Assembly (NCBI GenBank): GCA_040285745.1
Contig: JAUFOR010000004.1
Location: 1-64,000, forward strand
Length of the DNA: 64,000 bases
Direction of reading: 5' to 3'
DNA from: Barthelona sp. PCE
Taxonomy: Eukaryota
The notes under the pieces are model-generated. The model searched no databases. It saw nothing but the letters and a program-made list of their open reading frames with translations, and was not told the DNA's origin. The position numbers and the translations under genes are program-made. Shown here piece after piece: positions 29,389 through 40,000 of this stretch (position 1 is its first letter; each line of letters starts with the position of its first letter).

Positions 29389-30714
29389 ATGGCTCATTAC
29401 CAACCGATAAATGAAGAACTAGCACTTTCTCTCATTAATAACGTTCATGATTGTTTATTACAAGCTTTTGAACCTGAAAAGACCAAAGATGAGGTTTTTG
29501 TCGCATTAGAGATCAGCCTGATAGGTTTGGCCAACTTTGCTGAAACATTAACAGGAGGAAAAAAAGATGTTTTGTTAGTTGAGAGACAGAGTTTAGGAGC
29601 GTGGGCAGTGTATTTCGCAAGCAACATTGGTCATGCGATATCTGTTTTTCAAAACAAAAAACAGCTCTTTTCTATGTTGGAACCTCATATAATGGAATTG
29701 GAACGTGTAGTAGAGCAGTTAAGGAACAACACATCTGTTGCCCCTAGTCCTCTTTTTCTTCAGCTTGAGATTCTTCAGGACTTCTTTGCTGGTCGTGGAG
29801 AAAGGGAAGAACAACTTTCTACACTATTGAAGACTGTTGCGCCTGCTTGGGAGCGTCAATGTGATTTACAGACCAAGCTCATCGAGGCAGAACAGGAGAA
29901 CATCGCACATGCACACACAAGAGAACTCTCTGTTATAGAACAAGACTTGGTGAGATTGCGTGCTGTTGTTGTTCAAGTGCTTTCTGAAAATCATCAAAAC
30001 GTAACAAAATCAGCCCCTGTTGATGTTCTTATTGAACGTATCCGACAAGCTTTCTCTACTTCAATGACAGAATCTACAGTGAGCATTGGTAAATCGGAAC
30101 CTTTTGTGACACCATCAGCTGTTGAGATTGATGAAACAATTGAAGAGCCAAGGGAGAAAGCAGAGGACAGGACTGTTAGTTTGAATCTTCTTAACAGCAA
30201 CACTTTAGTTGTTGAAAAGGAGGAAGAGTTCAGGGCACGTATTGAAGAACTTGAAGCACTTTTATCTGAACGTAATGCCACTATTGGTGAGCTGGAGCAC
30301 ACAATTAAAGAGAAAGACCTTGACATTGAACGGTTGGAGGCCGAGAAGAAGGACATGGAAATGTTCAGGGATGAGAGTGACACTGAGTTTGTTGAGGCAG
30401 CTGAAGAGCTCCGTGCAGAAAATGCTACATTAAAAGACAACAAATTGCAGTTAGAACAGAAAATTCAAGGAATGGAGATTGATATGGAGGAGTTAAAGGG
30501 TGCTGCTGATTCTTTGGATAGAATTAATGAGTTGGAAAAGGAGCTATATGAGTGCACTGAGCAGTTAACTAAGATCGATAAAGCATTGGAGTGTACTATC
30601 GCTCGTAATCGTATTCCAATGATTAATAATCTTCATGAAGAAATAGGAGATTTAAAGCGTCAGAATTTCCATTTAATCAGCGGTTCTAGACAAAAAAGTT
30701 GCTTTTGTTGTTAA
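29389..30714 (+). CDS. Coiled-coil protein (441 aa) ending in KSCFCC
   Basis: ATG-started ORF with a heptad-rich E/K/L C-terminal half and a terminal cysteine cluster. Confidence 0.8.
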   Translation: MAHYQPINEELALSLINNVHDCLLQAFEPEKTKDEVFVALEISLIGLANFAETLTGGKKDVLLVERQSLGAWAVYFASNIGHAISVFQNKKQLFSMLEPHIMELERVVEQLRNNTSVAPSPLFLQLEILQDFFAGRGEREEQLSTLLKTVAPAWERQCDLQTKLIEAEQENIAHAHTRELSVIEQDLVRLRAVVVQVLSENHQNVTKSAPVDVLIERIRQAFSTSMTESTVSIGKSEPFVTPSAVEIDETIEEPREKAEDRTVSLNLLNSNTLVVEKEEEFRARIEELEALLSERNATIGELEHTIKEKDLDIERLEAEKKDMEMFRDESDTEFVEAAEELRAENATLKDNKLQLEQKIQGMEIDMEELKGAADSLDRINELEKELYECTEQLTKIDKALECTIARNRIPMINNLHEEIGDLKRQNFHLISGSRQKSCFCC

Positions 30715-30789
30715 AATAAATAGGTTTTTTAATGTGTTGCTAAATTTCCAACCCATTTCACAAAGTTTTTGTATTTAATTAGTGTGAAT

Positions 30790-32547
30790 ATGAATCTATC
30801 AACACTCGATCACATCAATGAAACAGATCACAATGATCCAGATGTCGATTTATTTGAATTGTTGACTATGAATGTTGAAACAGATGATATTCGACCTGAG
30901 GAAGGCGCACACGTCTACGGTCAGCAGACAGCAAAGGGTTTAGGGGCCAAAGTTGAAGAAGCAATTGTTGAAGATAAAAGTGGGTTATTGAAAGTTGAAT
31001 TACCAGCATTATTCACTGAAGATCCTGAAAAGAAAGCTTTCACATTCAAAAATCCCTTGTTTGAAACTCTTTTAGAGGAGATTGGGCAGGGAGATTTACT
31101 TTCTGGTGCTGTCAGTGATCAATGGATCAGAAATTATCAAAAACTTATTAGTGTGACATTTGGTAACGTTGTGGAGCTGAAGGATTTACTTTCTGATCGT
31201 ATAAGCTGTGATATTATTGATCCAGAGTACCTAAATATATTTAGTGATGAAGATGTTCGTGATCGCCTTGTTGAGAGCAAAAACTATTTTGATGCTCGTT
31301 ATGCTGCGCACGTACATGATTATAATTTAGCTCGTGAGAAGGCCAATCCGTTTGGCATCATTAAGAAAGAGGTTTTCGTCAATCGTGCAGCTGTTAAGTT
31401 GGCGGAAATTGATGCACAGTTCAAAATCATGGAGCGTTTCCCGGCAAAGGAGAGAGATACACTTGTATTTAACGATTTATGCGGTGGTCCAGGAGGATTC
31501 TCCGAATATCTCATGTGGCGCAGAATTCAGCCCAGTCAGAAACACCCTACCCCAGTCAACATGGGTCAAAATGCGAACGTTAAACCGTTTTTAGGGTTTG
31601 GAATTACTCTTAGAGATGTTGAACCCAAGTCCCAGTGGAGCAAGTTTCACGCCTTCACTATTCTCCCTGCAGAATGTGCTCCTTTGTGGCAGGTGGACTA
31701 TGGACAACCGCAGCAGATGATGGGCACTGCAAATATGACACAGAGCGGAACAGGTGACATCACTGATATGGAGAATATTGCACATCTCGCGCTCGATATT
31801 TATGAGAAGACACAAGATGGCATGTGTCACATCGTAGTTGCTGATGGTGGAAGTGATGTATCTAGTGATTATAACAAACAGGAGTGGTTTATGTCAAAAC
31901 TAATTCTTTGTGAATTTCTTGCAGCTCTTCGGACTATTAAACGTGGTGGTGTTTTTGTTTGTAAGTTATTTGATGTTTTTACACCCTTTATGATTTCTCT
32001 GATATATGTTACAAGTTTTTGTTTTCAGAAGACCACAATCATTAAGCCCGTCACATCACGACCAGCAAACTCTGAGCGATATGTTGTTTTTGAAGGTTGT
32101 CTCCGTTTTGTTGACCGTGATGAGGACGTTCCATTCGAAAATTTGATTAATTATCTTGAACACGCTGCTAATTCTATGCCAGGAGTGTGTGAAGTAGGTG
32201 AATTTCCCAAAACATTGTATCCTTTAAATAAGATGCCTTCTGAATTTAAAGAGACTCTCAAACAGTGGATCAATAACTTCGCCATTTATCAAACAGATTC
32301 TCTTGATAATATTAGGAAATTTATGGAAGATAAACAGTTGCCAGTATTAAACAGTGAAGATAGAGCAAGAAGATTCAGAGAAAAGGTCCGTCTTCCAGTT
32401 AATCATGGTGGTAGAATACCAAATAAGGTAACACAGCCATATAGAAGATCTATGCCTTTGAATAGGCAGCCTCGTGTAGCTAGTGGAAATCGTCCACACA
32501 CATCGTTTCATCCAGAACCTTACAAAAAGAAGCAAAGAGTAAAATAG
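30790..32547 (+). CDS. CMTR1: Cap-specific mRNA 2'-O-methyltransferase 1 (FtsJ/RrmJ-type)
   Basis: ANPF, FVNRAAVKLAEID, DLCGGPGGFSEY, GTGDI, VADGG, FVCKLFD and KPVTSRPANSERY (K-D-K-E tetrad motifs). First ATG is at 30790. Confidence 0.9.
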   Translation: MNLSTLDHINETDHNDPDVDLFELLTMNVETDDIRPEEGAHVYGQQTAKGLGAKVEEAIVEDKSGLLKVELPALFTEDPEKKAFTFKNPLFETLLEEIGQGDLLSGAVSDQWIRNYQKLISVTFGNVVELKDLLSDRISCDIIDPEYLNIFSDEDVRDRLVESKNYFDARYAAHVHDYNLAREKANPFGIIKKEVFVNRAAVKLAEIDAQFKIMERFPAKERDTLVFNDLCGGPGGFSEYLMWRRIQPSQKHPTPVNMGQNANVKPFLGFGITLRDVEPKSQWSKFHAFTILPAECAPLWQVDYGQPQQMMGTANMTQSGTGDITDMENIAHLALDIYEKTQDGMCHIVVADGGSDVSSDYNKQEWFMSKLILCEFLAALRTIKRGGVFVCKLFDVFTPFMISLIYVTSFCFQKTTIIKPVTSRPANSERYVVFEGCLRFVDRDEDVPFENLINYLEHAANSMPGVCEVGEFPKTLYPLNKMPSEFKETLKQWINNFAIYQTDSLDNIRKFMEDKQLPVLNSEDRARRFREKVRLPVNHGGRIPNKVTQPYRRSMPLNRQPRVASGNRPHTSFHPEPYKKKQRVK

Positions 32548-32605
32548 TTAGTTAGTTTATTAGGAGTTGTTTAATATTCCGTGGCATTTTATATACCCCA
32601 TATCA

Positions 32606-34270
32606 ATGAATTTTGTCCCTGACCCCACGCTCACAGACCTTCCTGAACTGGATGAGTTTGATAACATTAGTGAATATGAGTCTGACGAAGAAATTAAAAA
32701 GCCAAAAGCACACTCGATTAGAATTTCTCTCTCATACGTTAAGAAACTTATGAGAGAAGTGATGACAGGGGAGTGGAAGCACATCCAAAGGTTTTTAAAA
32801 GTTTTCAGTGGAGCAATGACTTTTCGTTATGTTGCAGCTGATAAATCTAAATATCGGTTCACAAAGCCTGCGTTTAACACTGTGGTGATCTTTGTTCTTA
32901 CAAAATTACCCCATATACTGTTCACTAAGGTATGTGGTTACGAGGCTGAAGTTATTGGTCAGAATCTTGTTCGTGATCGACCTAATATGGAAGCTCTCCA
33001 TGCACATTTCATCCCAATGAAATTGTTTTGTCATGCTTATATGAGATTAATGGATAGTACTACAGATTTAGTATTGTTGAATGAAATTCTTCGTTCTTTT
33101 TCACTTTTTGTTCCTCTTCTTATGGAGTTCGGCGCAGATCAGAAGAAGATTTTAAAGCGACTCACAGGTTTAACATTGCAAACTTCTTCAGTAACACCCA
33201 CATCATTCCGTGCCTTGATGGTATTCTTACTTTTTGTCAATGATGAGAAATACGATGGTCTTATTGAAAAATCCTTAAGATATATTATGAAGCAATGGTT
33301 GAAGAAACCCACTGAAAGTGGCAAAAATCTGTTTGTTGCAATTGTTAACGTTTTACCAATTCCAGGTGCTATGTTATTCTATTCTTATTTAAAGGACACA
33401 GCTAACACATTAAGAAGTGTAATTTCTTCAAGAAAGAAGGAATCTCACTTGCGTATGTTTGCTAAACCAGTGATCTCTTTACTCGAGTTGAGTTGTCATG
33501 TTTTGGGCATAACCCCACTCAGTCTCGAGTTCCCTCTCTGTCAATTACTTATTGGTATGATTGGTTTGAGTATGTCAGTGCGTTCAGTTCCGGTCAACAT
33601 TCGTCTCATACATATGCTTTTGGAATTTGCTCAGAAGCGTGATTTGTACGTACCTTTACCATATTATGTGTTTATGATGCTTGATGAGTTAAGTTCAAAG
33701 CGCAAGAGTTTTACTAAGTACACAGAAGTTGTCGTAATTGACAAACTGGTCACTGTATCAGAGAGAATTTCCAATTCAAAGAAGTTCCGTGATGCTGCGG
33801 CATATTCTTTACTGGAATGTATGGTTAAACATATTACTGGAATCGCACACCCATGTGTTCATGACTACCTCGCGTTCAATCACAAGAATATTGTTAAGAC
33901 GACTAAATCACTTGGTTTCTTTAGGCACGTGAAGGAATATGGTTCGGTTGTTGTCTCAACGTTAAACTCACTTCAACAGGAAGTTTTAACACATCGACAA
34001 TATGGATCTGGAATCACAAATGAATTCGCAATGCTTAATCTTAAGAAAAGTATCAAGCAAACAATGGTTGATCTCTCATTGTTTAAATTGGTTCCGAAAA
34101 AGCAGGGTATGCTTGATGCAGCAGCATACAAGAAGAAAGATGACTTATCGGACAAAAAACGTACCAATGCAAAGGGTGGACTTTCTGCAAAGAAGCAAAA
34201 GGTGGACGCTGAAGACGCTGATCAGATTACAACACGCAAACAATTCGCTGAGGCTGATTTCCTCATGTAG
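32606..34270 (+). CDS. NOC2: Nucleolar complex protein 2 homologue (divergent)
   Basis: LEFPLCQLLIGMIGL..SVRSVPVNIRLIHMLLEFAQKRDLYVPL resembles the Noc2 core (L-x-YPL-x-Q ... P-L-R ... FIP). Acidic N-terminus and basic C-terminus. First ATG is at 32606. Confidence 0.75.
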   Translation: MNFVPDPTLTDLPELDEFDNISEYESDEEIKKPKAHSIRISLSYVKKLMREVMTGEWKHIQRFLKVFSGAMTFRYVAADKSKYRFTKPAFNTVVIFVLTKLPHILFTKVCGYEAEVIGQNLVRDRPNMEALHAHFIPMKLFCHAYMRLMDSTTDLVLLNEILRSFSLFVPLLMEFGADQKKILKRLTGLTLQTSSVTPTSFRALMVFLLFVNDEKYDGLIEKSLRYIMKQWLKKPTESGKNLFVAIVNVLPIPGAMLFYSYLKDTANTLRSVISSRKKESHLRMFAKPVISLLELSCHVLGITPLSLEFPLCQLLIGMIGLSMSVRSVPVNIRLIHMLLEFAQKRDLYVPLPYYVFMMLDELSSKRKSFTKYTEVVVIDKLVTVSERISNSKKFRDAAAYSLLECMVKHITGIAHPCVHDYLAFNHKNIVKTTKSLGFFRHVKEYGSVVVSTLNSLQQEVLTHRQYGSGITNEFAMLNLKKSIKQTMVDLSLFKLVPKKQGMLDAAAYKKKDDLSDKKRTNAKGGLSAKKQKVDAEDADQITTRKQFAEADFLM

Positions 34271-35852
34271 ACCATGGGTCACCGTTCTTGGCATTTTCAA
34301 ACAGTAATGCTGTTAGTAAACTCATTTCTCTTGGACTTTTAATATATATACTGTTTGTCATATCCGTTTCTTGCTCAAAGCAAAGCCTAAAAGGTAGGAG
34401 AATACAATTATTCATCTTGCTAAGTGAATTTTTCAAGTGGAAATACCACATCGGCATTACACAATGTGTATCAGTGGGGTTGATTGATAATACAACCTTT
34501 GCTGTGGATCCTGTATAATTGAATGAGCCTACAGAAACTGTGCACTCATCAACGTTAAATCGTGAACATCTCTGTGTCAATAGATCACGTACCAGCGCTT
34601 CTTGGTCGGATGTACATGAAACTAAAATATCTTGTGTTGGGAATCCAACGATCATGAGAAGACACGCCAAATGGATGCACGTATCTGCAAGTTCTACTTC
34701 AGTGCATTCAATATGAGCTATTTGAGATTCAAGATCGATTGAGTAACCCTTTGGTTTTTCTGAAGTAAACAGACCTCTGTAATATCGAGGAACGCCCCAA
34801 CCCCTAGTGTACTTCACGTTGTCCCCACTCATGAACTGCATTACTCTTTGGAATCGAACTGGTGGAACACAAAGACGATTAAATGAACGTAGGATAAACT
34901 CGTTTCGCTTGTCAACTGTGTCCAGTTGCGCAACAGCCAAGGCTTTGCCAGCGTCATGATCGACTGTACCCTCTTGCAAAAGTGAAAGGAAGGAAGTGCT
35001 TGAGCTTTCAAGCTCAGTAACTTGGTCTTCAAACGCTACATGTAAATCTTCATTGTAAGGAAACCCGACGATGAACTGTTTGTCCCAATTATTTTCGTGA
35101 TTATCCACATCAGATGCTGGCAGCAGAAAGGGAAACGGATACACGATGCAGTCTGATTTTCGACAGTCTGACAGCCAATATGGCATGGAGAAAACGGCAG
35201 CGCGCCCCTCACAAGACTCTTTGAATATTGTGATGCACTTATTTTTATCAACTGCAATGAGTGGTGTCTTTATATAATCATTTTCCACATCAATATGGCG
35301 AGTTTTAAACGAAATTTCGGTTTGAAATATTTTATCAGACGATTTAACACAAAAATTAGCATAATTAAATGCAAACTGACAAAACTCAAAATGTTCTTCA
35401 GCTTTACGGCTGAACGCTTTAAACTTTCGATTTACGATGAAATGAGGAGTAAAATCGCAAAAAACGATGAAATCAAACAACTCTGCACATACTTCAAAGG
35501 ATAAATTAGAAAATTGAGCAGGTAAATAAGAAGAAAGCATTTCTTTCTTAGAATTGGAGCTACTAATCACAAAAGTATGATCCTTTTCATGAGCAATGCG
35601 GTCGCATAATGTCCTTTTGGCTGTTATAAACATGTCTAAACATGATATCATAAAAGAAATCCGTGACTCCGGTATTTGTGCTGCACAGAATAATACTAGT
35701 GCAAAGTTCTGCTCAAAACCCTCTAAAGTGTCTCTACTATTGTTAAATCCCTCAAAAAATGTACCTAAAGCCTGAGCGAGCTGCTGATGTGACCATTGCT
35801 GTATTTCTTGTATGTATTCAGCAGAAGGCCAGTTTTCTACATCTATTAGCAT
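34263..35852 (-). CDS. Truncated, divergent Aquarius (AQR/IBP160)-like protein
   Basis: ELADTCIHLACLLMIVGFPTQDILVSCTSDQEALVRDLLTQRC resembles the AQR RecA2 segment (EAEY.VA.F.YM.LLGYPA.KI.ILT.Y.GQ..LIRD....RC), and FNRLCVPPV resembles F.R.GVP.V. Only 529 aa, with no intact Walker A. Confidence 0.6.
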   Translation of the reverse strand: MLIDVENWPSAEYIQEIQQWSHQQLAQALGTFFEGFNNSRDTLEGFEQNFALVLFCAAQIPESRISFMISCLDMFITAKRTLCDRIAHEKDHTFVISSSNSKKEMLSSYLPAQFSNLSFEVCAELFDFIVFCDFTPHFIVNRKFKAFSRKAEEHFEFCQFAFNYANFCVKSSDKIFQTEISFKTRHIDVENDYIKTPLIAVDKNKCITIFKESCEGRAAVFSMPYWLSDCRKSDCIVYPFPFLLPASDVDNHENNWDKQFIVGFPYNEDLHVAFEDQVTELESSSTSFLSLLQEGTVDHDAGKALAVAQLDTVDKRNEFILRSFNRLCVPPVRFQRVMQFMSGDNVKYTRGWGVPRYYRGLFTSEKPKGYSIDLESQIAHIECTEVELADTCIHLACLLMIVGFPTQDILVSCTSDQEALVRDLLTQRCSRFNVDECTVSVGSFNYTGSTAKVVLSINPTDTHCVMPMWYFHLKNSLSKMNNCILLPFRLCFEQETDMTNSIYIKSPREMSLLTALLFENAKNGDPWST

Positions 35853-35956
35853 CGTTTCAATACTTTAAAAATGAATAAAAGGATGGAAAGTCAATAACCT
35901 GTTTTCAACTTTTTTCAGCTCATCTTTAGGTTTAAGACAAAAATTTTTATTGTAAG

Positions 35957-36727
35957 ATGTCAGATTCATCAACTTTAACCGATGGAAGTGAAGAATTAGT
36001 AATTTGTCCAATATGCAAAAATGAAATTGAGAATTATGATCATTTTCAATGCAATACGTGCGAAAGATTAGTCCATACCGGTTGTGGTGTTAAGGAGATG
36101 TTATGTGATGAATGTTTTAAGCAGACACTGCAACCCACATCCATACATCGAAGAAAATCTGACAGACCAACTAAGATTCAGAAAACGGGTGTGACTTTGG
36201 ATGATTTCCTTCAGAAAGAATACGGAATCGGCCCTATGCACAATGAATATTCAGATGATGCATATGATTATGTTCCTGAAGAAGAAGAGGAGGGAAAAGA
36301 AATAGTGGATGATGATGGTTGTATTGCATGTGGAGGAGTTGGTGAGGTTATCCTATGTACGCGGTGTGCTATGCCATATCATCCTACTTGCGTTGGACTT
36401 TCAGATATTCCTGAACAAGATTGGTTCTGCCAAAGTTGTGAAAACCTCATTATGCTTGAAAAAAAGAGACATTCCACCGAGAAATACACTAAAAATATGC
36501 ATTTCGGTTCAGAAACCGTCAAAAAATTAGCCAGTAATGAAGTAATGATTTCAATTGTATTGGAAAATTTTATGTCCCAAATATTTGAACAGAAAACCTT
36601 TCAAAAACGAAAAAAGACCATAAGAGTACAAAAAAAATATGCTGCTCGAAGAAGAGCAAAGAAGTTAACTCCACCTTCAAACGTACTGAAACCTCTATTC
36701 AAAACTGACTTCATTTCATACGTTTAA
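35957..36727 (+). CDS. PHD-finger protein (two C4HC3 fingers)
   Basis: CPIC..QCNTCERLVHTGC..LCDEC and GCIAC..ILCTRCAMPYHPTC..IPEQDWFCQSC, with a basic C-terminal tail. Confidence 0.9.
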   Translation: MSDSSTLTDGSEELVICPICKNEIENYDHFQCNTCERLVHTGCGVKEMLCDECFKQTLQPTSIHRRKSDRPTKIQKTGVTLDDFLQKEYGIGPMHNEYSDDAYDYVPEEEEEGKEIVDDDGCIACGGVGEVILCTRCAMPYHPTCVGLSDIPEQDWFCQSCENLIMLEKKRHSTEKYTKNMHFGSETVKKLASNEVMISIVLENFMSQIFEQKTFQKRKKTIRVQKKYAARRRAKKLTPPSNVLKPLFKTDFISYV

Positions 36728-36965
36728 ACCATTTTCTATCGGAATAGCAAAGATAAAGTATTCATGAATGGAATAAATGTTATATATAGTAGAAAACGAG
36801 CTTGTTAATATTTGTACGTATCTCGACCTTGGTAATTCGTTGATAAAGTTATTAGTTTTGTGTTGCTGCTATAGAAATATCAATGGTCTGAGATTAAGCT
36901 GACTTTTTCGCTTTTTTGTTTCTTTTCTTTTTTTGGAGTATTCTACTCTTTAAGCGCATACAAGT

Positions 36966-37031
36966 ATGGAAAAAACACTCGCATTCGTTTTTATTTTTCT
37001 GTTTTTGTCGTATTTTACATGCGTTTTTTCT
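36966..37031 (+). other. Predicted signal peptide of the giant protein (MEKTLAFVFIFLFLSYFTCVFS/QNS)
   Basis: Short charged n-region, hydrophobic h-region, and small residues at -3/-1 (V, S). Confidence 0.85.
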
Positions 37032-40000
37032 CAAAACAGCATTCATTGGGTTTGTTGCAATTCAGATAGCTGGGATAACACAGACTGCTGGTCTACTCTA
37101 TCGGTACCAACCTCGGATGACGTGGTGTTGATCGATACAGAGTGTCCCGGTCAGTATGATATCGGAATAGATTCTGAATTAGAAATTCACACGTTACATC
37201 TGGGTAACGAGCACAAAGAAGGATACCCCGTACTTTGGATGAACAATTCAAACGTTGTTTCGATTCAAAGTGAAATGCATTGGATCACTGGTGGTTTGGG
37301 TGGCTCAGGAAGTCTTGAAATCGATAAGGTTTCTGGGGTTCGTGCCAACGCATACCTTCTCACAAGCAAGCCGAAGAAATTGCATTCATATATGACCATA
37401 ATTAGTTATGGTCATATCTTTTTGAATGATTCACAGATCCTCGACTTTGCAGATGGTACATATGTACATTGGAACTTTGGTGCAAGCTTTAACATTATGG
37501 CCCCTTCTCTTCTACGACAGTCGGGACCAGGCGTTATTGTACCTTATCTTAAGAATCAGGGTGTTCTCAATATCCAAGCTACGAATCATTCAGGTTACGT
37601 AAAAGAAAATATTACTAATCTCATGGACCTCGAATACCTTCAGCAGAAGGGAATTGTCCACTTTGATATTGAGATTGAAAACCTGGAAGAGGTTAACATT
37701 TACGGATATTGTGTTGTTACTTATCCTAATACGGAGTACGGAACTATCGTTATTCACGATGGAGCTGTTTACCACACTTTAAATGATTTATATAGGTTCC
37801 CCACTGGTTCACGTATTCAAGGTGATGGTCTTATTGTTGGGCAAGGTGTTCTGCAATTTGAGAACATTTATTCGTTTTCAGGCCGACTTGTTACAGTCAA
37901 AGATTCTCGCATTCTATTTGCAAACAGTGCTATTATTAATGCTTTGCGTATTGACGATATTGAAACGAACGCAAAAATTGAGTTATTAGCTGGATCATTT
38001 ATTCAAGCTCTTGGTGCTTATATTACAATGACAGATGGTGAGTTTATCGTTCATGGTGCGGCCAACTGGTCTGCTCAACAGATATTCTTCCATCAGTATG
38101 GTGGTTATGCAACCTGGGAAAATGGATGTGCTGAAGGTTATCTTGGTTTTGTTGAATTATTTGTACACGGTGGTGAGTTGGAACTCACTGTCGGTGATAA
38201 GGTTATTGCAGTGACATACAATCAAACAGGCGGTCTTGTTCATGGTTTGTCAACGGTTAATGTTGTCCTTGAACAATTCGTTACTGGAGGTATCTTTCAC
38301 TGTAGTTTATTCATTGACAGTCGTGCACAGGCATTCTTTTCAAATGGTTTTGTTGATTCAACCGCTTCTGACCTTGTTTTTGAAAACGAGGGAGAGTTTT
38401 ACATTGGTCCGAACTTTGACTTTTACTTTGGTGATGATGGTTTCTTCAACAACACCAAAAATCTTACTCTGTCGGACAATACAACACTTCACTTTGGTAA
38501 GAATGTTTTGATGCAGAATAATAACATGACTTTTGCAACTTTTGATGCCAACAATCCTGTTTTTTTTCACAGTATGGAATCAAGTGATTACTCTTTGAAT
38601 TCTGTGTTTCAGAATGATGGAGAGTTTTATGTTGATCATGGAGAGTTTTCTTTCCACAATTATACCACATTTAAACAGTCGAGTATCGGTACAACATTCC
38701 TTATGAATGATTCTAAGCTACTTTTCATTGCACCATTTGAGACTGAGTTATCCGGAACATTTGACTTGGAAACACCGGAATCGCTATTGCTCATTCAAGA
38801 TTCGGTTGTTACTTTTGATGAAGATTCACTAATAATCGGTGAGGGTACGCTTTATAGTGACCCATCTATGCCTGATTTTTGTGATGAAATTGTGTTAAAG
38901 AACTGTACAGATCCTTGGTTACGTTTCATGAGTTATCAAGATAATTGTCCAGCAACTAAAGGTAAGTTTGTTACTTTTAATAACACTCTATTCGTGCACT
39001 GTGAAACGAATAACGTCTTTATTGATTATAACAATGAAGAGGTTTCGTCAGCATACGCTAGCAATTTCGCTTCATGTAATCAAACTTACTATGATTGTGA
39101 TGGTTTAGATTATCAATGGTGTGGTGGCAATATTTATGATTTCTCAGGCTCCAAGTCCAGCTCATGCAGTTCTGAATTAAAGGACCGATATAACGAGATT
39201 TGTTATGAAGAGATGCCACATGAGTGTACAAACAATCACCCCGTTACTTATGTGCATGGTATCTACGATGCAGATTCACATATCAGGCAGCATGTTGGTG
39301 GTGAAATGCACTTTACAGGTGAAGTACGTGATTATTCACACATTGAGGTTGTTAACGCAACATTAACTTTCAAGAGTGTTTTGTTCAACTGTTCTGGAGA
39401 GTGTAATGCCGATATTACGGTGGATAATTCTGATCTTATCATTGGGTTTGATGTTCGAGATCATGCAAGTCATAAGATTAGCACATTTTCAATTTCAAAT
39501 TCAAGTGTCAACATGATTATGATCAATGATTTTGCTGTTAATGATTTATCTATTGATGAATCCGTGTTTGATGTTCATTATTCTGTTGATATGAACAGTT
39601 TCTTTGATGTAACTACATTTTTATTGAGAAATTCGAGTTTTACTTTTGAATCCTTGTTAGGAAAGGTCCGTTTTGGATTATTGGATTCAGATAACTCGAG
39701 TACTCAGATTACTAACGTTACATCAACAGGATTTGAACCAATGGATACGCTTGATCTTGAAGATTCTACATTTATTGTTGAAGACTCTGAGTTTTTTATC
39801 AATACAACAACTCTTTTTAAATCTGTACGTTCTACCATTGATGTGAGCAGTTTACGTGGTCATATTTCAACGGCTCTTCTTGATTTAGAAACTTCTAATA
39901 TGACGATGAATCATGTATCACGTGGAACCTCATATATTGGTGAGTTACGTCTTACTGATGTCAATCGCATTGATTGGTCGTTCATGCACAGTTTGGAGGT

